Assembly: GCA_023248545.1 (NCBI GenBank)
Contig: JAHFEF010000009.1
Location: 8,078 to 72,077, forward strand
Length of the DNA: 64,000 bases
Source of the DNA: Myxococcales bacterium
Lineage (GTDB): Bacteria; Myxococcota; UBA727; JABDBI01
Reading direction: 5' to 3'
The notes beneath the pieces were generated by a model. That model did no database searches and had not been told where the DNA came from. It was given only the letters and a program-made list of their open reading frames with translations. The position numbers and the translations under genes were made by a program. Below, piece after piece: positions 1-10,355 of this stretch. Each line of letters begins with the position of its first letter. Position 1 is the first letter of the stretch.

Positions 1-1301
1 TTCTCAAAATAGGCCTCGAACTCAGCTTGCGTATTGATCTCACAGGTGTGCGCATCACGAAATGCCTCGGCCTTGGCGAGCAGACCCGTCTGCATATCTT
101 CTAGCAGGCTACCAATTTGTTCTAAGAAAGCTTCGGGTGTGAGAAATTGCTTCTCAGTGTGCACTTTATCTCGACGAGCAACGACTATCTGGTTTTTGGC
201 CAAATCTTTGGGGCCAATCTCTACACGAACAGGCACGCCTTTTTTGATATGCGCCCAAGTTTTTTCGCCGCCACGCATGTCGCGCTTGTCAAATAAAACC
301 CGAATCTCTTTGGCCCTCAGGTCTTTTTCCAAGCGTTCACAGGCCGCAAATACTTGAGATTGCTCCTCGGGGGTCTTATAAATCGGCAAAATCACCACTT
401 GTTTGGGGGCTACTCGAGGAGGCAGCACCAACCCATCATCGTCGCTATGAACCATAATCAATCCGCCCACCAAACGAGTCGCTGCTCCCCAAGAAGTCGT
501 CCAAGCAATTTGGATTTGACCAGCTTCGTCCGTGAACTTGATTTCAGATGCCTTGGCGAAATTCTGGCCCAGAAAATGCGAGGTGGCCGCTTGTAACGCT
601 TTGCCATCCTGCATCATGGCCTCGATACAATAGGTGTCTACTGCCCCAGGAAAGCGTTCATCTGCAGTTTTCATGCCTTTAATCACTGGGAGAGCCAAAT
701 AATTTCGAGCGAAATTCTCATAGACATCGAGCATCTTGAGCGTTTCAGCTTCAGCTTCCTGCTTCGTTGCATGAACCGTGTGCCCTTCCTGCCATAAAAA
801 CTCTGTGGTTCTCAAGAACATCCGCGTGCGCATTTCCCAGCGCATCACGTTGGCCCACTGGTTAATTAAAATTGGCAAATCTCGATAAGACTGCACCCAC
901 TTCGAGTAGGAGTAGCCAATAATCGTCTCGCTGGTCGGGCGGATCACATAGGGCTCTTCGAGCAAGCCAGCCGGCCGGAGGCCGCCCTCGCCATCGGCTT
1001 CCAGTCTATGATGAGTTACTACGGCACATTCTTTGGCAAAGCCCTCTATGTGTGCTGCTTCTTTGGCTAAAAAACTCACGGGGATGAGCAGGGGGAAATA
1101 GGCGTTCTCGTGACCCGTGTCTTTGATCATCTTGTCTAGGCCTTGTTGGATCAGCTCCCAGACCCCATAGCCCCAGGGTTTGATCACCATGCAGCCTCGG
1201 ACGGGGGAGTTTTCGGCCATATCAGCGGCTTTGATCACCTGCTGATACCATTCGGGATAATTTTCGGCTCGGGTCGGGCTAATCGCGTTTTGCTTGGACA
1301 T
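1..1301 (-). CDS. proS: Proline--tRNA ligase, archaeal/eukaryote-like type (3' end runs off the window)
   Basis: Manual translation from ATG at 1301: MSKQNAISPTRAENYPEWYQQVIKAADMAENSPVRGCMVIKPWGY...IRPTSETII...SYRDLPILINQWANVMRWEMRTRMFLRTTEFLWQEGHT...TSWGA; absent from the ORF track because it has no stop in the window. Confidence 0.95.
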   Translation of the reverse strand, partial: MSKQNAISPTRAENYPEWYQQVIKAADMAENSPVRGCMVIKPWGYGVWELIQQGLDKMIKDTGHENAYFPLLIPVSFLAKEAAHIEGFAKECAVVTHHRLEADGEGGLRPAGLLEEPYVIRPTSETIIGYSYSKWVQSYRDLPILINQWANVMRWEMRTRMFLRTTEFLWQEGHTVHATKQEAEAETLKMLDVYENFARNYLALPVIKGMKTADERFPGAVDTYCIEAMMQDGKALQAATSHFLGQNFAKASEIKFTDEAGQIQIAWTTSWGAATRLVGGLIMVHSDDDGLVLPPRVAPKQVVILPIYKTPEEQSQVFAACERLEKDLRAKEIRVLFDKRDMRGGEKTWAHIKKGVPVRVEIGPKDLAKNQIVVARRDKVHTEKQFLTPEAFLEQIGSLLEDMQTGLLAKAEAFRDAHTCEINTQAEFEAYFE

Positions 1302-1305
1302 AAGA

Positions 1306-2646
1306 TTAGAGCGTTACCATACCAAGCACACGGCGCAACTGACCCATTAAATAAAACGGCAGGGATATCAATCTACAAGCATCATTGCTTTGCAGCGGCA
1401 TCCCGGAGTAGATGCGTACTCCGATACTCAGTTTTTTCAATGTCATCAATAAATGCAAAGATTTGAGTTTGCCAGTTGCACCCGCTTTGACCTCAATCGG
1501 AATCACCACGGGGCCATGCTGAATCACATAGTCGACTTCCGCTTGGGACCCCTCTTCTTCCCTTTGCCAATAGAAAAGAGCCGGCTCAACATAAAATGGG
1601 TTCAGAGTACGCAGGAGCTGACCCACCACTTGCTCAGCGACAGCACCCGAATTAATAAGCGTTAAATCATCGATTCGATTTAGATCGGATAAGCTGAGTT
1701 CAAGTAACGCACAGGCCAACCCAACATCTAGAAAAATCTCTTTGAAAAATTTTGCGCGCGTCTCTGAACCCAACGGAACCCCGTTAGAAGCGCTACATTG
1801 AACCCGGTGGCAAACACGTGCCAAGTTGAGCAGAGTCAGCGCCTGTTTAATGGCCCCAGAATGCACATCTGGATTTACGTTACTAAAAACAAACTTTTGG
1901 CCAAGAAAACGAGGCACTGCGACCATTGTCTCTTCGAGCCTCTGTGTGTCCATTTTACCACTGTATTTTGAAAAATCATTCCGATAAGAAGCCAACAGGT
2001 CTCGGTGTATTTGGCTTAAAGAATTCGTAGACTGCTGAGAAACCCAGTTCGCTACAGCGGCAGGCATGCCCCCTACCAGCGTATACTCTTTGAATAACCC
2101 CAGCAGTTGGTAATGCAAAACTTCTGGAATCTTCTCGCCGATTTCCCAGCCATTTAAATAATCAACAGAAGCTTGTTTACCATAAGCTTGTAAAAACTCT
2201 TCAAAAGACAGTGGCTCAATATGGGCGAAACTAATGCGACCCACCGGCATACTAAATGTATGATCTCTCAAAGCAAACTCAAGTAAAGATCCCGCTGAAA
2301 TCACAGGCAACTCAGGCATTTCTTCAGCGAACCAGCGTAATTTCGCGATCAATTCCGGCACCGCCTGGATTTCATCTAGAAATAGAATGCTGTTGTTCAC
2401 ATCAATGCTTGTCTGCAAAACCGCCGCAAGCAACTTAATAATCTGCGTTGGTTGATTACTCTCAAAAACACTTTTCAAGGAGGGATCTTTTTCAAAGTTA
2501 AGTTCAATCAGTGTTTTACTATGGTTCCTAGCTAGCTCACGAACAAGCCAGGTCTTTCCAACCTGCCTAGCACCCCGTAAAATCAAAGGTTTTCGGCCCG
2601 GCGACAGGAACCATTCGTTCAAAAAATTGAAAGCATTTCTTTGCAT
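1306..2646 (-). CDS. AAA+ ATP-binding protein with C-terminal nuclease-like domain (DUF4143 type)
   Basis: Walker A GARQVGKT, Walker B FLDEIQ, GGMP motif, C-terminal EVDY...PIEVKAG. Confidence 0.85.
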   Translation of the reverse strand: MQRNAFNFLNEWFLSPGRKPLILRGARQVGKTWLVRELARNHSKTLIELNFEKDPSLKSVFESNQPTQIIKLLAAVLQTSIDVNNSILFLDEIQAVPELIAKLRWFAEEMPELPVISAGSLLEFALRDHTFSMPVGRISFAHIEPLSFEEFLQAYGKQASVDYLNGWEIGEKIPEVLHYQLLGLFKEYTLVGGMPAAVANWVSQQSTNSLSQIHRDLLASYRNDFSKYSGKMDTQRLEETMVAVPRFLGQKFVFSNVNPDVHSGAIKQALTLLNLARVCHRVQCSASNGVPLGSETRAKFFKEIFLDVGLACALLELSLSDLNRIDDLTLINSGAVAEQVVGQLLRTLNPFYVEPALFYWQREEEGSQAEVDYVIQHGPVVIPIEVKAGATGKLKSLHLLMTLKKLSIGVRIYSGMPLQSNDACRLISLPFYLMGQLRRVLGMVTL

Positions 2647-2655
2647 ATCTAAAAA

Positions 2656-2684
2656 ATAATACCCTGTTTTCTCAGGTATGTCAA
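2656..2684 (-). promoter_or_regulatory. Sigma70-type promoter of the AAA+ gene
   Basis: Minus strand TTGACA-N17-TATTAT, 9 nt before the ATG at 2646, with no Shine-Dalgarno. Confidence 0.65.
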
Positions 2685-2714
2685 AAAAACAGACGGCTGT
2701 TTTTTAGAGAAAGA

Positions 2715-5132
2715 CTAAAAATGAAGCTCCGGCTTCCCAATCTTCCTAAAATGCTCCAGCGTTTTCATGACTTCTTTGGACAGATTCTGATCCCAGTCTT
2801 GGCCTGTGAGCAGCTTGATGGCATCTTGAAAAGTAGCCACTGTGTAAATCTCGAACTCCCCTTTGGAACAAGCTTCGACTACTTCGTCGTTTAAGTTAAT
2901 ATCTAGCGCATTACTGGCCGGGATAATCACGGCGTGAACAGTCGCCCCCCCTCTGGCCTTGCAAACGTTGTAATAACCTTCGATTTTTTCGTTTACACCA
3001 CCCACAGCCTGTATTTGGCCTCGCTGATCCATGGAGCCCGTGATCGCAAAACGCTGCGAGATAGGCGCATTGCCCAACACCGAAAACAAACTACAGGCTT
3101 CTGCCAACGTCGCTGAATCGCCGTCGATTTCACCGTAAGTCTGCTCCATGCATAAAATGGCATTAAAGCCCATGGGGATTTCTTTGCCAAAGCAATGTGC
3201 CAAAAATCCCCGAATAATCAGGCGGCCCTTCGTATGAATCGGCCCACCCTGCTCGGTTTCGCGCTCGATGTCTATTAAATCGCCTTTGCCACAAGTTACC
3301 CGGCAAGTGACTCGAAGCGGCACGCCAAACTCGTAGCTGCCCAGCTCTACCACCGTCATGGCATTGGCCTGGCCAATCACAGCACCTTCGGTTTCGATCG
3401 ATACTCGATTGTCCAGAATGTCTTCGATCATTTGGGTTTGCAAAAAGCCCTCGCGTTCGGCGTGGGCTTTCAAAGCTTTCTGAATATGACTGCGATCAAT
3501 TAAACGCGACTTTTCTTTGCCAGCCCAATAATTTGCCTCGCGCACTAAATCGGCCATATCGCCAATGCGAGAAGTCAGTTTTTTTTGATTGCCAGACACC
3601 CGCACGGCCTGCTCGATCACCCGAGCAGCCCCTTCTGGGGTAAGCGCTCGCAGTTTCTCGTCGATACACAGGCCGCTTAGAAATTTGACATAGCGTTCAA
3701 TGTGCTCGTCGGAGCGCAGCATCTCGTTATCAAAATCAGCTTTTACTTTAAACAGCTTGCTGAATTCGAGATCAGTTTTAGAAAGAACATAATAAAGCTC
3801 AGGGATTCCAATCAAAATAACTTTTATTTCGAGGGGAACGGGTTCCGGGCGCAAAGTAGCCACTGAAACCATGCGTCCTGGTTCACCAGGGTCATCCAGT
3901 TCGACGGCTCTGTTTTTGAGCGCACGTTTTAAGCCTTCCCACGCCGCTGGGTCACGCAAAATATCTTGGGCTTCCAGCAACAAATAGCCCCCATTGGCCT
4001 GATAGAGCGCTCCAGCCCGAATGCGGGTATGATCCGTCATGGTTTCACCGCCACGCATGCGCTGCTCAATGCGACCAATCAAGTTGGACGATGTGGGATG
4101 TGTTTCCTGAACAACCGGTGCACCAGAAGACTTGCTATGGGTCACCAAAACATTGACGCGGTATCTGATCAATGCCGGCTCGTCATAATCGAAATCTTCT
4201 TCGTCCTCGTGGATGCGCCTTTTTGGGTTATTATTCTCAGGGGTCTCTGTAGCTTGAACCCGATCGTCTGGAACCAGACGCCTTAAGCGGTTCAAAACAT
4301 CTTCCTGACAGGCTTCTAGGTGTTCCAAAATACGAGGAAATGTCTTCCAATTGGTTTTGGCATTTTCAAAGAGCGGCGTTAGAATTGTATTGGCCGTTTT
4401 GCGCTCCAAAGCTTCGATGGCATCTTCGGCTTCGCGTTCTAGGCCACGAATCCGACGAATCGAGTCTTCCAAGTGGGCTTCTAAGCGCTCGGCATGTTGT
4501 TCTAAAGTCTGTTTGGTTTTGTCGCTGAGGTGCTCAAATTCTTGTTCAGAAATAGGCTCACCCTTTTTATTGGCTGGTGTAATGGTCAACGCGGCTGTGG
4601 CGCGTTGAAGAACAAAGCCCTTTTGCTGGGCTTCCTCCTCGACCGCCGTCAAGATTTCATCCGTCATCACTTGACATTGGTCTTGTATTTCCTGGCGCTC
4701 GCCAATATGACGCTCTGACTCAAATGTCTTTTCCAAGTCAATCAACATGCGTTCGACGAAGGAATCATATGTTTTTTTGAGTTTGGGTCCAAATCCGGGA
4801 GAGACACGAACAGCCAAAGGCCTGTCTCGATTTTCGAAATTATACAGTAAGACAATATCGTCAGGCGTGGGTTCTTTGACCGCTCGGTCTGACAAAAGTT
4901 GATTCACGGTTGAAGTTCGACCGGTGCCTGACTCACCCACGACGAAAATATTAAAACCGCGCTGCCGTATTCCTAGGCCCATTTCTAAAGCGGAGAGTGC
5001 TCTTTGTTGAACCATCGCGCCGAAGCGATCACTTTTGGCCTTGCGCCTGCGTTTGCTAGACAGTCCCGCACGCACCAGCGATAAGTCTTCGAACTGCCAT
5101 CTGAGGGCCTCTGGCGCGATCTTCTGAATCAT
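2715..5132 (-). CDS. Lon-family (S16) protease, soluble LonB/LonC-like AAA protein
   Basis: GESGTGRTS P-loop, long coiled-coil insert, GALYQANGGYL, Ser-Lys dyad motifs DGDSATLAE and GGVNEKIEG; start placed at ATG 5132 behind a GGAG SD. Confidence 0.87.
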   Translation of the reverse strand: MIQKIAPEALRWQFEDLSLVRAGLSSKRRRKAKSDRFGAMVQQRALSALEMGLGIRQRGFNIFVVGESGTGRTSTVNQLLSDRAVKEPTPDDIVLLYNFENRDRPLAVRVSPGFGPKLKKTYDSFVERMLIDLEKTFESERHIGERQEIQDQCQVMTDEILTAVEEEAQQKGFVLQRATAALTITPANKKGEPISEQEFEHLSDKTKQTLEQHAERLEAHLEDSIRRIRGLEREAEDAIEALERKTANTILTPLFENAKTNWKTFPRILEHLEACQEDVLNRLRRLVPDDRVQATETPENNNPKRRIHEDEEDFDYDEPALIRYRVNVLVTHSKSSGAPVVQETHPTSSNLIGRIEQRMRGGETMTDHTRIRAGALYQANGGYLLLEAQDILRDPAAWEGLKRALKNRAVELDDPGEPGRMVSVATLRPEPVPLEIKVILIGIPELYYVLSKTDLEFSKLFKVKADFDNEMLRSDEHIERYVKFLSGLCIDEKLRALTPEGAARVIEQAVRVSGNQKKLTSRIGDMADLVREANYWAGKEKSRLIDRSHIQKALKAHAEREGFLQTQMIEDILDNRVSIETEGAVIGQANAMTVVELGSYEFGVPLRVTCRVTCGKGDLIDIERETEQGGPIHTKGRLIIRGFLAHCFGKEIPMGFNAILCMEQTYGEIDGDSATLAEACSLFSVLGNAPISQRFAITGSMDQRGQIQAVGGVNEKIEGYYNVCKARGGATVHAVIIPASNALDINLNDEVVEACSKGEFEIYTVATFQDAIKLLTGQDWDQNLSKEVMKTLEHFRKIGKPELHF

Positions 5133-5187
5133 GTTGCTTCTCCAGCCAAAGAGCTTAGCGGAAAAGCAATTTGAAATCAAAATAGCT

Positions 5188-5748
5188 TTAGTAATCGAAG
5201 ATTTTCATCAAGTCCAATTCTAGATCTTCAAAGGGTGGCAGCTTCATCACACCGTCGGCATTTTCGACAGCCTGGATGATTTGATAGTGCTCGTTGCCTT
5301 TGGTTAAGACAAATATTTGGATGTTTTTTCGGATGGGATCTACGAGCCAATAATAGGGCACGCCATGGTGTTCGAGAATCACTCTTTTGGAAGGCGATAA
5401 AATTTCGCAAACCCAGAGAGGTTTCACCGTAATCGGGCCTCGTTCTGGAAGTTTAGGTAATTCTTTTCGGGAGAAACCAGCGATATCATGCACAAATGAG
5501 TTGTGCTCATCGTAATCTGTCCAGGCTTCCGGAACAATTAACCAAGAATCACCATCCGTTGGGCCTTTCCCATTTTTATCGTCACAGTAATTGCCAACTT
5601 TAAGGTGTAATCTGCCGAAGATAACAGAATGCCTCGCTGCAGCAGGCGCCATCGCATAGATGACACCGTCGACTAATTCGGCCTTTGTATCTTCTGGCAA
5701 AGCGATTAGATCTTCAATAGTGGCTAAAGGTTCTTTTAATTGGTGCAT
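5188..5748 (-). CDS. Uma2 family restriction-endonuclease-like protein
   Basis: KAELVDGVIYAMAPA..RH, EILSPS, GVPYYWLVDP motifs. Confidence 0.8.
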   Translation of the reverse strand: MHQLKEPLATIEDLIALPEDTKAELVDGVIYAMAPAAARHSVIFGRLHLKVGNYCDDKNGKGPTDGDSWLIVPEAWTDYDEHNSFVHDIAGFSRKELPKLPERGPITVKPLWVCEILSPSKRVILEHHGVPYYWLVDPIRKNIQIFVLTKGNEHYQIIQAVENADGVMKLPPFEDLELDLMKIFDY

Positions 5749-5798
5749 GACTCATGGAAGCCTAGCTTGAAATCAAGGCTTCGTAAAGCTCCCAGGGC

Positions 5799-6131
5799 TC
5801 AGGCCGCTGCCCCAACCACCTGCAGGTCATGCGACACAGACTTCAACTCGTCTTCCAAATGGTGAACCTCTTTTCTAAGTTCATCGAGCTTCTTGGCCTG
5901 TTCTTTGTATTTGGCCTCGTTTTTCACGATGTCCGAGCGCATGTCTTTCGAGGGCCCATGACCTTTGGCTTTTTTGTCATGGCCATTCGAGCTGTGCTTC
6001 TCAGACTCGATCAAAGCACCCAATTTGCGCTGTTCGGCGTCCATGCGAAACAACTCAGATTTTTTGCTGCTGACAGTTTGTGTTAATTCTTGCTTCTTAT
6101 TTTGTAGTTCATCAACGAATGCGTCACTCAT
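5799..6131 (-). CDS. Small charged coiled-coil hypothetical protein
   Basis: Lys/Glu-rich heptad sequence filling the gap; TTGAAT-N18-TATCCT promoter lies 6 nt before ATG 6131. Confidence 0.6.
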   Translation of the reverse strand: MSDAFVDELQNKKQELTQTVSSKKSELFRMDAEQRKLGALIESEKHSSNGHDKKAKGHGPSKDMRSDIVKNEAKYKEQAKKLDELRKEVHHLEDELKSVSHDLQVVGAAA

Positions 6132-6213
6132 AATTACAGGATACAAAATGATGTCAGATAAATTCAAGTGTCAGTCAAAGATTTTCTTAAAACTCCTATG
6201 CTACGCTCCCAGC

Positions 6214-7530
6214 ATGGCACTCTTTCACTCAGTCTATTTTGTTTCTGGCTTGGCTGCGATCGCTGGCCTGCTGTTTGGTTATGACACGGGTATTATATCC
6301 GGTGCCATCCTATTTATCCGCAAGGATTTTGATTTATCGCCTGGGCAAGTTGGTCTGGTGGTCAGCGCGGTGTTACTGGGCGCTCTATTGGGGTCTGCGT
6401 TTTGCAGCAAAATCACAGATCGCCTAGGCAGACGTGGCTCACTCATGATTGCTTCTGGACTGTTCGTGCTGGCATCTTTGGGCGCGGCCATGGCTCAGAG
6501 TGCCCCCGATTTGATGTTCGCACGTTTATTCATAGGCATCGCCATCGGAATTTCTTCGTTGACCGCACCGCTTTATTTGGCTGAAGTAGCACCTGCAAAA
6601 ATACGAGGATTTTTGGTTTCGCTCAACCAATTGGCTGTCACGGTCGGAATCTTAGGCGCCTATGGCGTTAACTATGCGCTGGCTGGAAACGGCAGCTGGA
6701 GACTGATGTTTGGCTTGGGCGCTGTCCCAGGTGCCATTTTGGGCACAGCGTTGTTCTTCTTGCCAGAAAGCCCCAGATGGATGGTCTTACGCGGCAGAAA
6801 AGATACGGCCAAAGCAATCTTGGATCAGCTTCGAGCCGGTGAAAACACACAAGTCGAGATGCTTGAAATTGAACAAAGTATCACCCACGAAAAAACCAGT
6901 TTCGCGTCGTTGTTTGCGCCCGCCATCAAACCAGCTTTGATCATTGCAATGGGACTGGCATTTTTTCAGCAAGCCACAGGGATTAACACGATTATTTATT
7001 ACGCCCCGAGCATCTTTGAGCAGGCGGGTTTTGGCAGTGCCTCCCACGCCATCTTAGCCAGCGTATGCATTGGGGTCACCAATGTGATCTTTACGATCAT
7101 CTCGCTGCCGTTGATTGACCGCGTTGGCCGACGGCCGTTACTAATTATTGGCATTACGGGCATGATGGTGAGCCTGGCACTCTGTGGCCTCGCATTTGGA
7201 ATGACGGATCTACTCGGCATGCGTTGGATCGCGCTCTTATGTGTGCTGGCTTATATTGCGTTTTTTGCGATCAGCCTCGGGCCTATTATGTGGCTCATGA
7301 TCTCCGAAGTATTCCCACTGCAGCAACGAGGCTTGGGAACCAGTTTAGCCGTCTGTGCTCAATGGGGCTTTAACATGATCGTCTCGAGTACGTTTCCTGT
7401 GTTGCTGCACGCAGCCGGATCTCGAATGACTTTTTGGTTTTATGCGTTTTTATGCCTGATCGGCTTGGTGTTTGTGCTCAAAAAAGTTCCAGAAACCAAA
7501 GGCAAGGTGCTGGAAGAGATTAAGTTCTAG
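6214..7530 (+). CDS. Sugar porter family MFS transporter
   Basis: GLLFGYDTG, DRLGRR, PESPRW, QQATGIN.IIYY, GPIMW, VPETKG motifs; start reset to ATG 6214. Confidence 0.93.
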   Translation: MALFHSVYFVSGLAAIAGLLFGYDTGIISGAILFIRKDFDLSPGQVGLVVSAVLLGALLGSAFCSKITDRLGRRGSLMIASGLFVLASLGAAMAQSAPDLMFARLFIGIAIGISSLTAPLYLAEVAPAKIRGFLVSLNQLAVTVGILGAYGVNYALAGNGSWRLMFGLGAVPGAILGTALFFLPESPRWMVLRGRKDTAKAILDQLRAGENTQVEMLEIEQSITHEKTSFASLFAPAIKPALIIAMGLAFFQQATGINTIIYYAPSIFEQAGFGSASHAILASVCIGVTNVIFTIISLPLIDRVGRRPLLIIGITGMMVSLALCGLAFGMTDLLGMRWIALLCVLAYIAFFAISLGPIMWLMISEVFPLQQRGLGTSLAVCAQWGFNMIVSSTFPVLLHAAGSRMTFWFYAFLCLIGLVFVLKKVPETKGKVLEEIKF

Positions 7531-8477
7531 CTTTCTTTTCCCCACTTCGGTGTCGGTGCCATCAGGCTACCAATCAGCGTAAAGTGAATGCGCCCATCGG
7601 CTTCTTCGGCGGCTTTAATATCGGGACTCAGCTCTAGCATCATCGCGATTTTTGGATTTGCTTTTTGGAATTCGGGTTTCAGCTTAAACCAGCCAGAGCC
7701 TTTCAGTGGGCTAAACAAAATATTGTCGGCCAGCTCGACACTGGCGTTGATATGCGCCTCAATGTCGCCACCAGACAGTCTCAAATCTTGAATCTTTGCT
7801 TTGCCATGCTCAAAAGATGCTTTGCCCGAAAACACCCCCAGCTTAATGAGAGGCAATGTCAGCCCCCCAAAGCCCGCCCCGCCGGGGATCTCAAACACGC
7901 CAGGACCCACCGACAGGTTTTTGAAATTCAAATCCAACTTACCAGCGCCATCTTTGGCTGGATGTTGGCCCAGATTTAAATCTGCGTCCAGATTCACCTG
8001 GCCCGCCACTTTGAGACCCGTCTCACCCGCAGGGCCTCGCAATTTTTGCAAATCAATCTGGCTAATATCGAGCCACAAGGCTGACAAACTACCCTGAGAA
8101 GTCAGCGTGACAGCCCCACGCGCACGGCCCGAGTAGATCCGCGAGTCAAACTCGATTTGTGGCTTGCCCCGAAGGCTGCTCAAAATTCCCAGGCGAATTT
8201 TGAGTGCCTCGAACTGCAACTTGGGGCCAGGCTCCACCGTTTCGCTGCCCATCTGAATCTGCACGTCGTGCATGGCCGCACCTGAGAAGCGCCAAAGCGA
8301 AAGCTCGCCAATGCTCACACGTGGGGGGATCACGAAATGCGCGCCCTGAGCCTCCCCAGACAGAGCACCCTGCATCTGTTTCTCCAAATACGGCCTCAAC
8401 GAGTCCATAGGAAAAGTCAAATAGAGCGACACCACAAAACAAAAACCAAAAAATCCAATATACAACAGCTTTTTCAC
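7527..8477 (-). CDS. gspN: Type II secretion system protein GspN
   Basis: N-terminal TM followed by YLTFP motif and a beta-rich periplasmic region; last gene of the gsp operon. Confidence 0.75.
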   Translation of the reverse strand: MKKLLYIGFFGFCFVVSLYLTFPMDSLRPYLEKQMQGALSGEAQGAHFVIPPRVSIGELSLWRFSGAAMHDVQIQMGSETVEPGPKLQFEALKIRLGILSSLRGKPQIEFDSRIYSGRARGAVTLTSQGSLSALWLDISQIDLQKLRGPAGETGLKVAGQVNLDADLNLGQHPAKDGAGKLDLNFKNLSVGPGVFEIPGGAGFGGLTLPLIKLGVFSGKASFEHGKAKIQDLRLSGGDIEAHINASVELADNILFSPLKGSGWFKLKPEFQKANPKIAMMLELSPDIKAAEEADGRIHFTLIGSLMAPTPKWGKES

Positions 8478-8478
8478 G

Positions 8479-9024
8479 TTAACTGGCCTTCCACGTTGCA
8501 ACGGTCATCTGGACATCCAACAAATCGGGTTGATCAAAACGGGTTTTAACTTGCAAACGCGTGATTTTCACCAAGCCATTGGCAGCAGACTTCTCTATGT
8601 CTTCTAAAAATGCCGTCAAACGATCCATCGAAAGCTCTTTCACATTGACGATGACGCTGACTTGGGTCAAATTAGAATCCGAGAGTTCTTCTTTGCGTTC
8701 ATTCAAATCGTTCAGTTTTAAATCCAAACGCGTGGCTGAGTTCTGAATCAACGTAAACAACGCTACTTTGTTGGCGCGGATCTGGGCTTCACGCGCCTGT
8801 TGTTCCGCTTTGACTTTAAGATACTGAACGGACAACGCGTCAATCTGTTTAAGCTCGGTGGTTAACCGGTTGACTTCGATATGACGACTTCTCACGGAGC
8901 TGAACGCCCCAAAAATACACAAAACAATCAATAAAAAGCCAGCTCCCCCGGCCCCAAACAAAACTTTCCTTTTGTCTTGATTATTCAAGGCCTGAAAACG
9001 GTCCCACAAAGCTTCTAACTTCAT
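8479..9024 (-). CDS. gspM: Type II secretion system protein GspM-like
   Basis: Single TM, coiled coil, ferredoxin-like C-terminus; lies between gspL and gspN. Confidence 0.7.
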   Translation of the reverse strand: MKLEALWDRFQALNNQDKRKVLFGAGGAGFLLIVLCIFGAFSSVRSRHIEVNRLTTELKQIDALSVQYLKVKAEQQAREAQIRANKVALFTLIQNSATRLDLKLNDLNERKEELSDSNLTQVSVIVNVKELSMDRLTAFLEDIEKSAANGLVKITRLQVKTRFDQPDLLDVQMTVATWKAS

Positions 9025-10355
9025 GATTGATCTCCACCACAATCAAAATCCATCGATATTTGGAAACTCACACCCGATTGGCCTTGTCTCGCACGCCCTT
9101 TATCCACGTTCTTAAAACAATGCGTTTTGGCCAACGCCGCCACCAATAAATCAACTGATTCAAAATCGGCCGTATCACCCGACAGTCTCACGCCATTGTT
9201 GCCAATATCCAAGTCTGTGAGTTTGACCTGGACATTCGTTGGCAGAGCCTTAGAGACTTCAAGATAGATATCTAAAGCACTCATATCAGGTATTTTGTCT
9301 TTTCTATCTTTTGCCAAGGCTTTTTTCATCGTGGACAAGCAAGCCGCTGCGCCGGTGACCTTATGGCACAACGCTTGTTCGTCCTGTTTGAGAACATCAA
9401 TACGGGCACCCAAGAAATACCGGCGTGCGCCATAATTAACCACAATCAACCCTAATAAAATTAGTGCCCAAATACTCAACGTCCGCGTATGACCTGTGAC
9501 AAATTGAATCTCAGAACGAAACGCAAACTCGTCTTTACGCAAATTAAAACGATTGTGCTTTTCATTCGGTGTCTGACCCATCAGCGCATAACTGGCCACA
9601 AGCGCCATCGACGGAGACAGTGAAAACGGATGCAAAACCCGAACCGGAATCCCTAACACACGACCAAAATCGGCTTCAATATTGGGTGCCAGTGCGCCAC
9701 CCCCCACCAAAAATAGTTGCTTGATGGGCTGATCGAGCGCCAAAAAAGTTTGTCGAACTTCACGTAATATCGAAGGCAGGTCAGACTTAAAAACTGACCT
9801 CGCCACCAACAACTTTTTGTCGTCGCCAATACAAATGCTGGTACTTGATTGGCCAATATCCACCAAAGCAGCCAATTGGGGCTCTTTCAACGTGTACCGA
9901 AGCAGCTCGTATAAGCCAGCGGCTTTCAACGTCAGGATTTTAGGATTGGCGCCAATTTTTTCCAGTGTTTCTAAATAAGAACGCACCGAGGCCTTCTTGG
10001 CGAACGCGGCTAGAATGCGTTGTTCACGATCTTTTTTATCGGTCTGTAAAAACCAAGACAGGACCAGATCGTCGATCTCCAACGGCAACTGCGCATCCAG
10101 CAAGCCGCCTAAAATCGCTTGGATTTTTTTGGAACTTGAAAACGGCACTTCGAGCGACCGTACTTGCGCATCTGCCCCCGAGACTCCTGAAACCAAGACA
10201 TCGCCGTCGAGCCAATCGCTGTCTTTAAGCGCCAACAATGCTTCTTCAGAATACGGAACTTCGTGCGTCTTTTTGACCTCCGAATTTTCCAGATGCAACA
10301 CCTTGATGCTGCTTCCTCCGATGTCTAATCCGATAATGCGCTTTGCCATGCTCAC
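9021..10355 (-). CDS. gspL: Type II secretion system protein GspL (PilM-like cytoplasmic domain, TM, periplasmic domain)
   Basis: IIGLDIGGSSIK actin-like start, VDIG, LVGGGA, NLRKDEF followed by a TM segment. Confidence 0.8.
   Translation of the reverse strand: MSMAKRIIGLDIGGSSIKVLHLENSEVKKTHEVPYSEEALLALKDSDWLDGDVLVSGVSGADAQVRSLEVPFSSSKKIQAILGGLLDAQLPLEIDDLVLSWFLQTDKKDREQRILAAFAKKASVRSYLETLEKIGANPKILTLKAAGLYELLRYTLKEPQLAALVDIGQSSTSICIGDDKKLLVARSVFKSDLPSILREVRQTFLALDQPIKQLFLVGGGALAPNIEADFGRVLGIPVRVLHPFSLSPSMALVASYALMGQTPNEKHNRFNLRKDEFAFRSEIQFVTGHTRTLSIWALILLGLIVVNYGARRYFLGARIDVLKQDEQALCHKVTGAAACLSTMKKALAKDRKDKIPDMSALDIYLEVSKALPTNVQVKLTDLDIGNNGVRLSGDTADFESVDLLVAALAKTHCFKNVDKGRARQGQSGVSFQISMDFDCGGDQS

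Noticed and set aside
2684-2705. AAAAAACAG-ACGG-CTGTTTTTT hairpin after the Lon-like gene
   Set aside because: The stem is mostly A/T; it may be a weak terminator or operator but is not supportable
5965-6213. 83-aa N-terminal extension of the sugar porter in the ORF track
   Set aside because: It overlaps the opposite-strand gene; family similarity and a promoter point to ATG 6214
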